Source of the DNA: an uncultured bacterium
GTDB lineage: Bacteria > Aquificota > Aquificia > Desulfurobacteriales > Desulfurobacteriaceae
NCBI GenBank assembly: GCA_964545225.1
Contig: CAZJFY010000001.1
Coordinates: 1-49,053 of the forward strand
DNA length: 49,053 nt
Direction of reading: 5' to 3'
Made by a program: the position numbers and the translations under genes
Shown: positions 34,013-41,131 of the stretch, one piece after another
Numbering within the stretch: the stretch's first letter is position 1
Layout of the letters: each line of letters starts with the position of its first letter
The notes under the pieces: generated by a model
Told to the model about the DNA's origin: nothing
The model's input: only the letters and a program-made list of their open reading frames with translations
The model's database searches: none

Positions 34013-34868
34013 GCTGAAGAAAGAGTGTTTTATACCTAGTCTAGATTCGAATGTGGTTGATAAGATTAGGCTTTTTGTCTTTCAGAGCCTGAAGTCAGAA
34101 AATTGGGGAATTGATGATGCGGTAGCTGCTGATGTTTCTGTTGTCTTTCCTGACTGTACACTTGTCGAACGCTATAAATCGGACAATAAGCTGGTTCTTG
34201 AAAGCGAGACTCCTATCTTGATCAACAATTGCGAGAAACTGCAGATAACCAGATTTATTACTGTTATTTCTACCTCTAATGTTATATTGAAACCGGTTGA
34301 AAAGGAAGATGATACCGAAGTTGGCCCAGCTTTTGTTGCTAGAAACTTTGAGGAGAGAAAGAGGTTGTTAAAAGATGAGCGGTTTATACGATTTAATTTA
34401 GTGACTAGAGCTGGCTCGGTTTATCCTTTCACCTTACCCTTCCTGGGCTTCAAGAAGTACTATGCTCTTGTAGATACTAACAGGATGTACAGCCACATCT
34501 ATAGCGAAGTTGGAGCTGGTTTCAGCTATAATGCTGCTAATTCTAATTTACGAAATGCCCATGCACTAGATTTCAACTTTTCCGGTTTGGTAACATCCGA
34601 TCAAACGGCTTTTTTCTATAAACCATTTGAGGGTTTTGATACACTGAAGATTCGGCTTGAGATAAACTATAGCTTGTTAAAAATGAGAGCGATAGAGTTA
34701 CAAAATGATCCCTCTTACGAACCTATTCCAGGATTAGATACCGCGTCTTCAATAGATCCTTTTGTTCCTGTTGTTTCTGTTTCTTCTGACGGACATTATT
34801 TGTCCTTGACTTCGTTGTATCTTGTTATTACTTATAATTTGGCTAAGGGAAGTGAGGTTGGAGGGTAA
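34005..34868 (+). CDS. Hypothetical protein (287 aa)
   Basis: GGAGG (33992-33996) before ATG 34005. 8-nt overlap with the upstream gene. Confidence 0.65.
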   Translation: MLRLKKECFIPSLDSNVVDKIRLFVFQSLKSENWGIDDAVAADVSVVFPDCTLVERYKSDNKLVLESETPILINNCEKLQITRFITVISTSNVILKPVEKEDDTEVGPAFVARNFEERKRLLKDERFIRFNLVTRAGSVYPFTLPFLGFKKYYALVDTNRMYSHIYSEVGAGFSYNAANSNLRNAHALDFNFSGLVTSDQTAFFYKPFEGFDTLKIRLEINYSLLKMRAIELQNDPSYEPIPGLDTASSIDPFVPVVSVSSDGHYLSLTSLYLVITYNLAKGSEVGG

Positions 34869-34870
34869 TC

Positions 34871-35407
34871 ATGAAGCCATATCAAGGACAATTTTATAAA
34901 CTTGCTGAGTATGGAGACGGAACAAATCTGGGGTACTATCTAGAAACTAAGACAAAGGAAAGTATTTTCCCTGTTGTTCATTCGTTTCTAGTAAAGTCCT
35001 TTACAGCCCCTGGTGTTTCTTTTGAAGATTTTGTGATTCCCGGAAAAACAAGCTTTCAGGAATATCAGGTGGGAACTATATTTAGGAAGCTTGGAGGGGA
35101 ACAATCTTTTACTGCTGCTTTTACCTTCCCCACTCATAAAGACAAGTTTTATCTCTGGTATATTTTTTTTGATTCTATACCCGTTAACACTCTCATGAAT
35201 ATAGCTTATGGCAAAAGTTCTAATAGAATTTCGTTTAATGCTTTTTTAATACAGAGAAAGTTCTATTCAACCACACTTGTAGTTGATTTCCCGAAGATCT
35301 TTGGCGTTCCAATGGAGATAAAAGCCAACGACGCTGTATTGTTTGAGTTTTATCTCCCTAATGATTACAAAGAAGAATATCTGAGTGCATTTATAATCTT
35401 TTCCTAG
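34871..35407 (+). CDS. Hypothetical protein (178 aa)
   Basis: GGAGGG SD. Last plus-strand gene before a strand switch. Confidence 0.65.
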   Translation: MKPYQGQFYKLAEYGDGTNLGYYLETKTKESIFPVVHSFLVKSFTAPGVSFEDFVIPGKTSFQEYQVGTIFRKLGGEQSFTAAFTFPTHKDKFYLWYIFFDSIPVNTLMNIAYGKSSNRISFNAFLIQRKFYSTTLVVDFPKIFGVPMEIKANDAVLFEFYLPNDYKEEYLSAFIIFS

Positions 35408-36040
35408 TTATCTTTTCCTCATGCCAAAAATAGTTTGTGTTGTTTCTGCTTTATTATCAAATGCGTAAAAGTGTATCACGAAGTTATGGCTAGGCGGAAT
35501 ACTGAAGGTATATCCCGTTATCTCACCAAGAGTGCCTCCTGTGAGGGTGGCTTCGCGTTTGAATGTATTAAAACTTGGAATAAGATTGGGGAGTCCTAGT
35601 AATTTTCCAGGGGGTATTTCTAGTTCTATTGAGAATACATTGGAAGTAAACGATACACTATGTATCACCAGTGTTTTGTCGGATGGATTTTTGAGTGTTA
35701 CTTTGTAGTATGAGCAGTAAAGGATAGAGCCTGTTGTTACTCCGATTGTGAAGAACTTAGTGTTTTGTGTATTGTCTTTTTTGCCTTGGTCATCTTCTGG
35801 GTAGAAGATTATTGGAAAAACTGGAATGTTGGATTGTTTAGCTATTGGCAAGCCTAGATGGATACTCCTCTCTACCGAAATTATCTCTGGTGCTCCTACA
35901 ACGCTTTCGCCAGCATTAAACATCATCGGCTCAGAGCCTGGAATGGTATACTCGTTTACTTTAAAGTCGTACTCAATACTGACTTTTGTTCCTTTTTTTA
36001 TTTCTACTGACAAGGTCTTTAGTGATACCTTTTTTCCCAT
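35408..36040 (-). CDS. Hypothetical beta-rich protein (210 aa), reverse-oriented
   Basis: GGAGGA SD (minus strand). Own TGCTATAAT promoter in the palindrome 36058-36079. Confidence 0.7.
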   Translation of the reverse strand: MGKKVSLKTLSVEIKKGTKVSIEYDFKVNEYTIPGSEPMMFNAGESVVGAPEIISVERSIHLGLPIAKQSNIPVFPIIFYPEDDQGKKDNTQNTKFFTIGVTTGSILYCSYYKVTLKNPSDKTLVIHSVSFTSNVFSIELEIPPGKLLGLPNLIPSFNTFKREATLTGGTLGEITGYTFSIPPSHNFVIHFYAFDNKAETTQTIFGMRKR

Positions 36041-36057
36041 CTTATCCTCCGATACTT

Positions 36058-36079
36058 TTGCTATAATAAATTATAGCAA
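36058..36079. promoter_or_regulatory. Perfect 10+2+10 palindrome TTGCTATAAT-AA-ATTATAGCAA holding two overlapping divergent extended -10 promoters
   Basis: TGCTATAAT reads on the plus strand at 36059-36067 (towards 36108) and on the minus strand at 36078-36070 (towards 36040). Confidence 0.6.
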
Positions 36080-36107
36080 GACACATTAGAATCTAGAAGA
36101 GGCGGGG

Positions 36108-36638
36108 ATGATTGTGGTTGAGGAAATTAAAGAACATAAAGAACAAAGACTTGATCCTGAGTATGGATTTTTTATGGAGGCTATAAGGGCCATAAAACAC
36201 TCGGCAGAAATTTCTAGGGCTTATGAAAAGTTTTTTGGAAGAAAGCCTTCCTTGTCTGAAAAGTACCATGTCGCTTCAGCATACGAAAAGAATAGATCTC
36301 TCTTTGGTATTAGATTGAAAAACAAAAAATTTGTTAAGTGGATACAGGAGGCTATTAATCAAGTTGTACCAAATAAAATTACTGTTGACGGGATTTTTGG
36401 TTACGAAACAGTTGTTGGCATCATGGCCGCCCAACGAGCTCTTGGTCTTAGGCCTACTGGAGTTCTTGACCAAGTAACATTTGCTAAGTTTAGAGACATA
36501 ATGCAGGGCAAGGCTATTGAAACAGGAGTTCCTTCGTTCTTTACACATGAAACTACCTCTTCTTTATGGCTTTGGTTTGTAGCTGGAGGTATTGCCCTTG
36601 CTGTCTTAGTTTACTTTATAATGAGGAGGGGGCAATGA
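36108..36638 (+). CDS. Tail-anchored peptidoglycan-binding (PG_binding_1) protein
   Basis: 'IQEAINQVVPNKITVDGIFGYETVVGIMAAQRALGLRPTGVLDQVTFAKF'. C-terminal TM 'LWLWFVAGGIALAVLVYFIMRR'. Confidence 0.75.
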   Translation: MIVVEEIKEHKEQRLDPEYGFFMEAIRAIKHSAEISRAYEKFFGRKPSLSEKYHVASAYEKNRSLFGIRLKNKKFVKWIQEAINQVVPNKITVDGIFGYETVVGIMAAQRALGLRPTGVLDQVTFAKFRDIMQGKAIETGVPSFFTHETTSSLWLWFVAGGIALAVLVYFIMRRGQ

Positions 36639-37207
36639 TCCTTTCCGAATTTCATACAAACATTAAAAATGACGATGAAATGGTGAAGTTAATAGCAGAT
36701 AAAATAGAAGAGGGGGCTCTTGATCCAAAGGTTAGAAAGCTGGCTTTTGAAATAGTTAGGAAAGCCGGATGCCCTAGCAAAGATTGGTATTGCGAGATAA
36801 GAGCAATATATGATTATGTCAAGAAAAATATCCGGTATTTTTACGATATAAGAGGTATAGATACTTACCATTCAGCTAGAGCTATACTCTTTGAGCTCAA
36901 GGGAGGGGATTGTGATGACTTTTCTATTGTACTTGGTTCCTTACTGGCGGCTATTGGGTATCCAATTAAGCTCAGAATTATTGCCAAGACTAAGCAAGGT
37001 AGGTATATTCATATATATCCTCTTGTTGGTGTTCCTCCGCACGGCAAGGTGGAAAAATGGATACCGCTTGAGCTGACAGATCCTAGAATTCCCTTTGGAA
37101 AAGAGTTTCCTCACGCTAAACACAGGGATTATCTTGTTGTATTCGAGCCTGAAAGGTTTCCTGAGATAATGCGCAAGATTCGGGAAATGGATGCTAAGGA
37201 GGGGTAG
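36635..37207 (+). CDS. Transglutaminase-like cysteine protease (190 aa)
   Basis: ATGA overlap with the upstream gene after GAGGAGGGGG. Cys-His-Asp core: 'KGGDCDDFSIVLGSLLAAIGYP', 'RYIHIYP', 'WIPLELTDP'. Confidence 0.75.
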   Translation: MILSEFHTNIKNDDEMVKLIADKIEEGALDPKVRKLAFEIVRKAGCPSKDWYCEIRAIYDYVKKNIRYFYDIRGIDTYHSARAILFELKGGDCDDFSIVLGSLLAAIGYPIKLRIIAKTKQGRYIHIYPLVGVPPHGKVEKWIPLELTDPRIPFGKEFPHAKHRDYLVVFEPERFPEIMRKIREMDAKEG

Positions 37208-37672
37208 ATGCGGAGTACTCAGATTATGTTGATTTCAGGCAAGCCTTATAGGATAAATACTGAGGACATCAGACAACTAGTGAGGTCGTTTAAACCTATC
37301 TTAGAGATTCGAGTGACTAGAGATGGCTGGGTGATTAAAGGTCCTAAAGATATTTTGTCTAACAGAAAGATGCTTACAGCTGCTTTAGAGCACGATAAAC
37401 TGGTGGAGAAGGCACAAAGATTGGCGCATAGGGTTGTTTCTCCTAGTCTCTTGTCTCTTTATGACAATAAGATAGTTTTCGAATTACAATCTGTTGCGGA
37501 GAGAATTAAGACGCTTTATAATTTACTCGCTAAATGTTTAAACAGGTGTAAGGAGAAAAAAGTGTTGGTAAGAAAGAAATATCTTCAAGGAGCTGTTCCT
37601 GTGAGAGAGGCTCTTGTTGTAGCTTCTAGCCCTGAGTTCGTTCAGATAGCTTTACAAGTATTGTCTTCATAG
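37208..37672 (+). CDS. Hypothetical helical protein (154 aa)
   Basis: AAGGAGGGG SD. The ATG directly abuts the upstream stop. Confidence 0.65.
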   Translation: MRSTQIMLISGKPYRINTEDIRQLVRSFKPILEIRVTRDGWVIKGPKDILSNRKMLTAALEHDKLVEKAQRLAHRVVSPSLLSLYDNKIVFELQSVAERIKTLYNLLAKCLNRCKEKKVLVRKKYLQGAVPVREALVVASSPEFVQIALQVLSS

Positions 37673-37685
37673 GGAGGAGGGCAAC

Positions 37686-37943
37686 ATGGCAGCGGTCAAG
37701 CCGGTAGCGGAAAAAACGATAGGGAGAGTCAGGTTTGTAGGAAGTAGAGGAATAGTGATTGTCGGCGAAAGAAGTAAAGGTGAAATTAAAAAAAATCAAG
37801 CTGCAAAAACTAAAGCTATAAAAGCCCAAAAAGCTTCTTTTACTCCTAAGCGAAAGGGCAAGAAAAAGCCGGGATTACTAACTGCCGTTGCTAGCGTTTT
37901 ATTGCTTACTGTTTTGTCGTACTTCGTTGCGCAAAAAGGGTAA
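37686..37943 (+). CDS. Lys-rich tail-anchored small protein (85 aa)
   Basis: GAGGAGGGCA SD. 'KKNQAAKTKAIKAQKASFTPKRKGKKKP' followed by TM 'GLLTAVASVLLLTVLSYFVA'. Confidence 0.65.
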   Translation: MAAVKPVAEKTIGRVRFVGSRGIVIVGERSKGEIKKNQAAKTKAIKAQKASFTPKRKGKKKPGLLTAVASVLLLTVLSYFVAQKG

Positions 37944-37961
37944 GGTAATAGGGAGGGTGTG

Positions 37962-38303
37962 ATGGAAAAACTGGTAAAGGAAATTTCTAAAATTTTTGAG
38001 CTGGAAGATGAAGAAATAAAAGAAGCTTTGACTGCAGGAGCAATGCTTCTAGCCAGTGCAGGCTTACTTTTTGCTGGTAAAAAGGCTGCTGATTTCGTGG
38101 AAAGAAAGATTAGGGAGATTAGAGAAAATGAAGAACTGTCTAACGACATTCAGACGCTTTTGGCTGGTATGAAGATGATACTTGACAAGCATGAATACAA
38201 AAAGAGATTTCTAACACAAGCTTCAGGAGAAGTTAAGATTAAAGAGGTAGCTCCACCTCCTCCCCCTCCTGTAAATTCTCAGAAGGAGGAAAATGATGTT
38301 TGA
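37962..38303 (+). CDS. Small 1-TM protein (113 aa)
   Basis: GGGAGGG lies 4 nt before ATG 37962. TM 'ALTAGAMLLASAGLLFAG'. PPPPPP near the C-terminus. Confidence 0.6.
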   Translation: MEKLVKEISKIFELEDEEIKEALTAGAMLLASAGLLFAGKKAADFVERKIREIRENEELSNDIQTLLAGMKMILDKHEYKKRFLTQASGEVKIKEVAPPPPPPVNSQKEENDV

Positions 38304-38688
38304 AGTGGAAACTATATCTCAAAAGGTTCTTTCTTTCTTTAGAGAAATTCTAAAATATAGAAAATTTTCATCTTTGGCTACCACTAGGAACGGGTTCTTC
38401 TTTTATGATTTGAATAATGAAGTAGCTGAGTATCACAAAGATCTCTTTGATTTAGCTGGAAGCTATTCGTTTATTCTCGATAGGTACCTAGAAGGATACT
38501 CAATTTTTAGGGAAGCTATCGTTGAAGGATTACAATCTGTTGTTGATGCTTACTTCGAGAAGCATCCTGAGGTTGTTCTTTATACAACTATGGATACTGT
38601 TTTGCTTGCTAACAATGGCAAAATAGAAAAGATAAATGATTTACATACTATCTTTGAGGAAGTGTTGCAATATGAAGGAAGGAAGTGA
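38293..38688 (+). CDS. Hypothetical protein (131 aa)
   Basis: AAGGAGGA SD. Confidence 0.6.
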   Translation: MMFEVETISQKVLSFFREILKYRKFSSLATTRNGFFFYDLNNEVAEYHKDLFDLAGSYSFILDRYLEGYSIFREAIVEGLQSVVDAYFEKHPEVVLYTTMDTVLLANNGKIEKINDLHTIFEEVLQYEGRK

Positions 38689-39094
38689 AAAAAAGAAGAT
38701 ATTATCTGCTTCATATATTCATCATTCGATAAAAAAGAAAATAATTGAAAGGGAGAAAAACGCGATAAAAAAGACTCCTCTTTCTGACATTTTGGACGAG
38801 TACTATTATAGACTTATGGCTACAGTAGAGGAAGGGCTAAGAAGAGGATACACTATACGCGTAAACGGTTTGTTCTCCCTCAGAATGAGAATAGAAAAGC
38901 AAGCAATTGGAGGAAAACGGAGGGTTAAGGGTTATATTAGATTTAGTGATAAGTTCAAGAGAAGCTGTCTTGATGGTTCTCTAACTAGCAATTTTGTAGT
39001 TGAGGTAGTTAATAAAAACACTGGGGAGGTTCTCTTAAATGTTGGTAGTGCAAGAGGTTCCAAAAAAGAAAAAGATAATAAAGGTTCACAATAG
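38672..39094 (+). CDS. Possible HU/IHF-like DNA-binding protein (140 aa)
   Basis: 'TVEEGLRRGYTIRVNGLFSLRMRIEKQAIGGKRRVKGYIRFSDKFKRS' loosely matches the HU pattern (L..G..V.l.GfG.F.vr.R.....k...v.F..gK.lk) with a shortened arm. ATG 38672 follows GAGGA. Confidence 0.3.
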   Translation: MKEGSEKKKILSASYIHHSIKKKIIEREKNAIKKTPLSDILDEYYYRLMATVEEGLRRGYTIRVNGLFSLRMRIEKQAIGGKRRVKGYIRFSDKFKRSCLDGSLTSNFVVEVVNKNTGEVLLNVGSARGSKKEKDNKGSQ

Positions 39095-39791
39095 ACATTA
39101 TCCTGTTTTCCCTACGGCGCGAAAAGTTCTTGAAATGATTACGCTTTGGCATCATAAGTACTGCCCAATTCTCGTTGACGAAGAGTTCAATAAATGGGTT
39201 GAGTATGTTGCTCCCTATATTGTTACTCCCTTTTTAAAGAGATATACCATCAACAACTTTTCTGACATTACATTTAGTCTTATCTTTTATCCTAATGGAG
39301 TTTTAAACCTTGGAAGATTTTATTTGGGCACTATTAATCTTGATCCTGATATTCTGGACAAATTTTATCAACAGCTTTTGCGCTTTGTTGGGGAGAAGGC
39401 ATATAAGTGGGCGAAGAAAAATGCTTCCATAGCTAAGTTAGTTGGTGTTGGAATGGGAGTTGATGTTGGAGCTGGTGAAAAAAGAGTTTATCTCATGTAC
39501 GAAACCAAATGTCCAGCCATAAAGGGGCTTACAACTGATTGGAGAGGTAACATTATAGAGGATAAGACATATTGTATTGATCACAAAGGTAGGGTTATTT
39601 TGAAAGGGTCAAGAGGAACTCGTTTGCAGGTAAATGTTCAGCTGCATGGCAACAGAGCTGCGAGATATATTGCGAGGATGCCATTGCCCGATCAGGTTAA
39701 GATGGTGGCTCTTCAGATTGTGAATGACGGATACGCCCTTGATACTGTCAGTATTTCTGAGACTCGTGGCGTAGCATTGTATTTTGACTAA
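39039..39791 (+). CDS. Hypothetical protein (250 aa)
   Basis: GGGGAGG lies 9 nt before the ATG. The 56-nt overlap with the upstream ORF makes the start uncertain. Confidence 0.55.
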   Translation: MLVVQEVPKKKKIIKVHNRHYPVFPTARKVLEMITLWHHKYCPILVDEEFNKWVEYVAPYIVTPFLKRYTINNFSDITFSLIFYPNGVLNLGRFYLGTINLDPDILDKFYQQLLRFVGEKAYKWAKKNASIAKLVGVGMGVDVGAGEKRVYLMYETKCPAIKGLTTDWRGNIIEDKTYCIDHKGRVILKGSRGTRLQVNVQLHGNRAARYIARMPLPDQVKMVALQIVNDGYALDTVSISETRGVALYFD

Positions 39792-39810
39792 TGTAAAAGG
39801 AGGAGAAATT

Positions 39811-40266
39811 ATGCAGATAGTAACCGAAAATGGTTTTGGATTTAATGACAACAAGACTGCTGATTTGGATTTAAACAAACCTGATGCTATGAGGCTTCTT
39901 CGAGATATGGCCTTTAACCTGCGCAGAATAGTTTTGTGTCTTGGTGGTGGCCAATGGAAGGGAACGAGAACACTAACGATAGAACCACATAGTTCTGTTC
40001 TTGTTAAGTTTGTTGAAGTTAAAGCGGCTGTTATGGTTCATGTGGTCAATATTACTAACGATAAAATTCTCTTGCTTTATAACGACCAGACTTATGCTCA
40101 CGATGAAAAAGTACTAAAAATGAACTCTTTCCCTTTACATCCTGGAAAGATAAGTAAGGTTTTATTGGAATACAAGGAAGTGCTTTATGCTTACAATCCG
40201 TATGATGAACCCGCTCAAATAAAAGTGGATTTGTATGCTGAAAGAACCTGCGCATTAGATCTGTAG
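39811..40266 (+). CDS. Hypothetical beta-rich protein (151 aa)
   Basis: AAAGGAGGAG SD before ATG 39811 (the track start TTG 39784 is less likely). Confidence 0.65.
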   Translation: MQIVTENGFGFNDNKTADLDLNKPDAMRLLRDMAFNLRRIVLCLGGGQWKGTRTLTIEPHSSVLVKFVEVKAAVMVHVVNITNDKILLLYNDQTYAHDEKVLKMNSFPLHPGKISKVLLEYKEVLYAYNPYDEPAQIKVDLYAERTCALDL

Positions 40267-40268
40267 AG

Positions 40269-41102
40269 ATGCCGGATATTGATAGCGTGGTCCAGTACTT
40301 TAGTAAAACATATTTACGGAGATTTAAAAGGCTTAAGCCGCTAACAAGAAAAACATACTTTTCGTACATTTCTTCGTTTCTTAGAAGCTTTGGCCCCAAT
40401 TTTAGTGAAGAGAACATAGAAAGATTTTTGCGTGCGCTACCTAAAACTGTTAGGAACAAAGCCTTTTTTGCACTGAAGCACTTTGCTAAGCACAGCGGGC
40501 ACGAGTTTAATCTTACCCTTCATGACTTTCCAGAAGAATTTTGGTATTCTGAGTGGGACAGAGAATACGCGGAGCGTTTTTCAAGAGACGAGATTAAAAG
40601 GTTTTGTGAAGCAATTAAGCGGGGAGAATACAAACGCAAACAGGATGCAGCTGCATTGGTATTAGCTATTGTTTGGGGATTAAGAAAAGTTGAAATGGTT
40701 AACATGATTCCAGAAAAAGATATTGATCTCGCTAATAAGGTCTTTTTAGTCAGAACAGCTAAAAAAGGAAAGAAAAGACTACACTTGATCCCCACCAAAC
40801 TTTTGCCTTACTTTGCATATCTTAAGAAAAAGAAGATCAGATTTACTTATCTTAATAATTACAACAGCTTCTTTACATTGTCCAGCATTGCAGGGGTACC
40901 TATTAAACCTAGAAGAGCTTGGCACGGCTTCCGCCGGGCACTCGTTACAGATCTGTTACAAACTGGAATTCCAGATGTAGAGATTTATGACTTTATGAGG
41001 TGGAGTAGGAGAGAAGTTATCTATAAGTATTATTCACCGGACCCTCTCGAAGTTGATAAGAAAATATTAGAAAAGCATCCTTATCTTCCTTATTTGTTAT
41101 AA
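40269..41102 (+). CDS. int: Tyrosine recombinase / integrase
   Basis: Catalytic signature: Arg I 'VWGLRKVEMVNM', Lys 'RTAKKGKKRLHLIP', 'AWHGFRRALVTDLL' (H-x-x-R), and C-terminal 'WSRREVIYKYY' (Trp/His and nucleophile Tyr). N-terminal SAM-like core-binding region. Confidence 0.85.
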   Translation: MPDIDSVVQYFSKTYLRRFKRLKPLTRKTYFSYISSFLRSFGPNFSEENIERFLRALPKTVRNKAFFALKHFAKHSGHEFNLTLHDFPEEFWYSEWDREYAERFSRDEIKRFCEAIKRGEYKRKQDAAALVLAIVWGLRKVEMVNMIPEKDIDLANKVFLVRTAKKGKKRLHLIPTKLLPYFAYLKKKKIRFTYLNNYNSFFTLSSIAGVPIKPRRAWHGFRRALVTDLLQTGIPDVEIYDFMRWSRREVIYKYYSPDPLEVDKKILEKHPYLPYLL

Positions 41103-41103
41103 T
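41093..41103 (+). promoter_or_regulatory. Extended -10 promoter TTTGTTATAAT overlapping the integrase stop codon
   Basis: Exact 11-mer. The TAA at 41100-41102 is the integrase stop. Lies 29 nt upstream of ATG 41132 of the giant gene. Confidence 0.55.
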
Positions 41104-41131
41104 TTGTTTGAAATTGAAGGAGGAGGGCAGC

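Noticed and set aside
39058-39070. A6G run (CAAAAAAG) in the 38672/39039 overlap as a programmed -1 frameshift site
   Set aside because: In the upstream zero frame the codons are AAA AAA GAA, so the A_AAA_AAG heptamer is out of register. The downstream ORF is in the +1 frame, not -1, and it has its own GGGGAGG SD and ATG.
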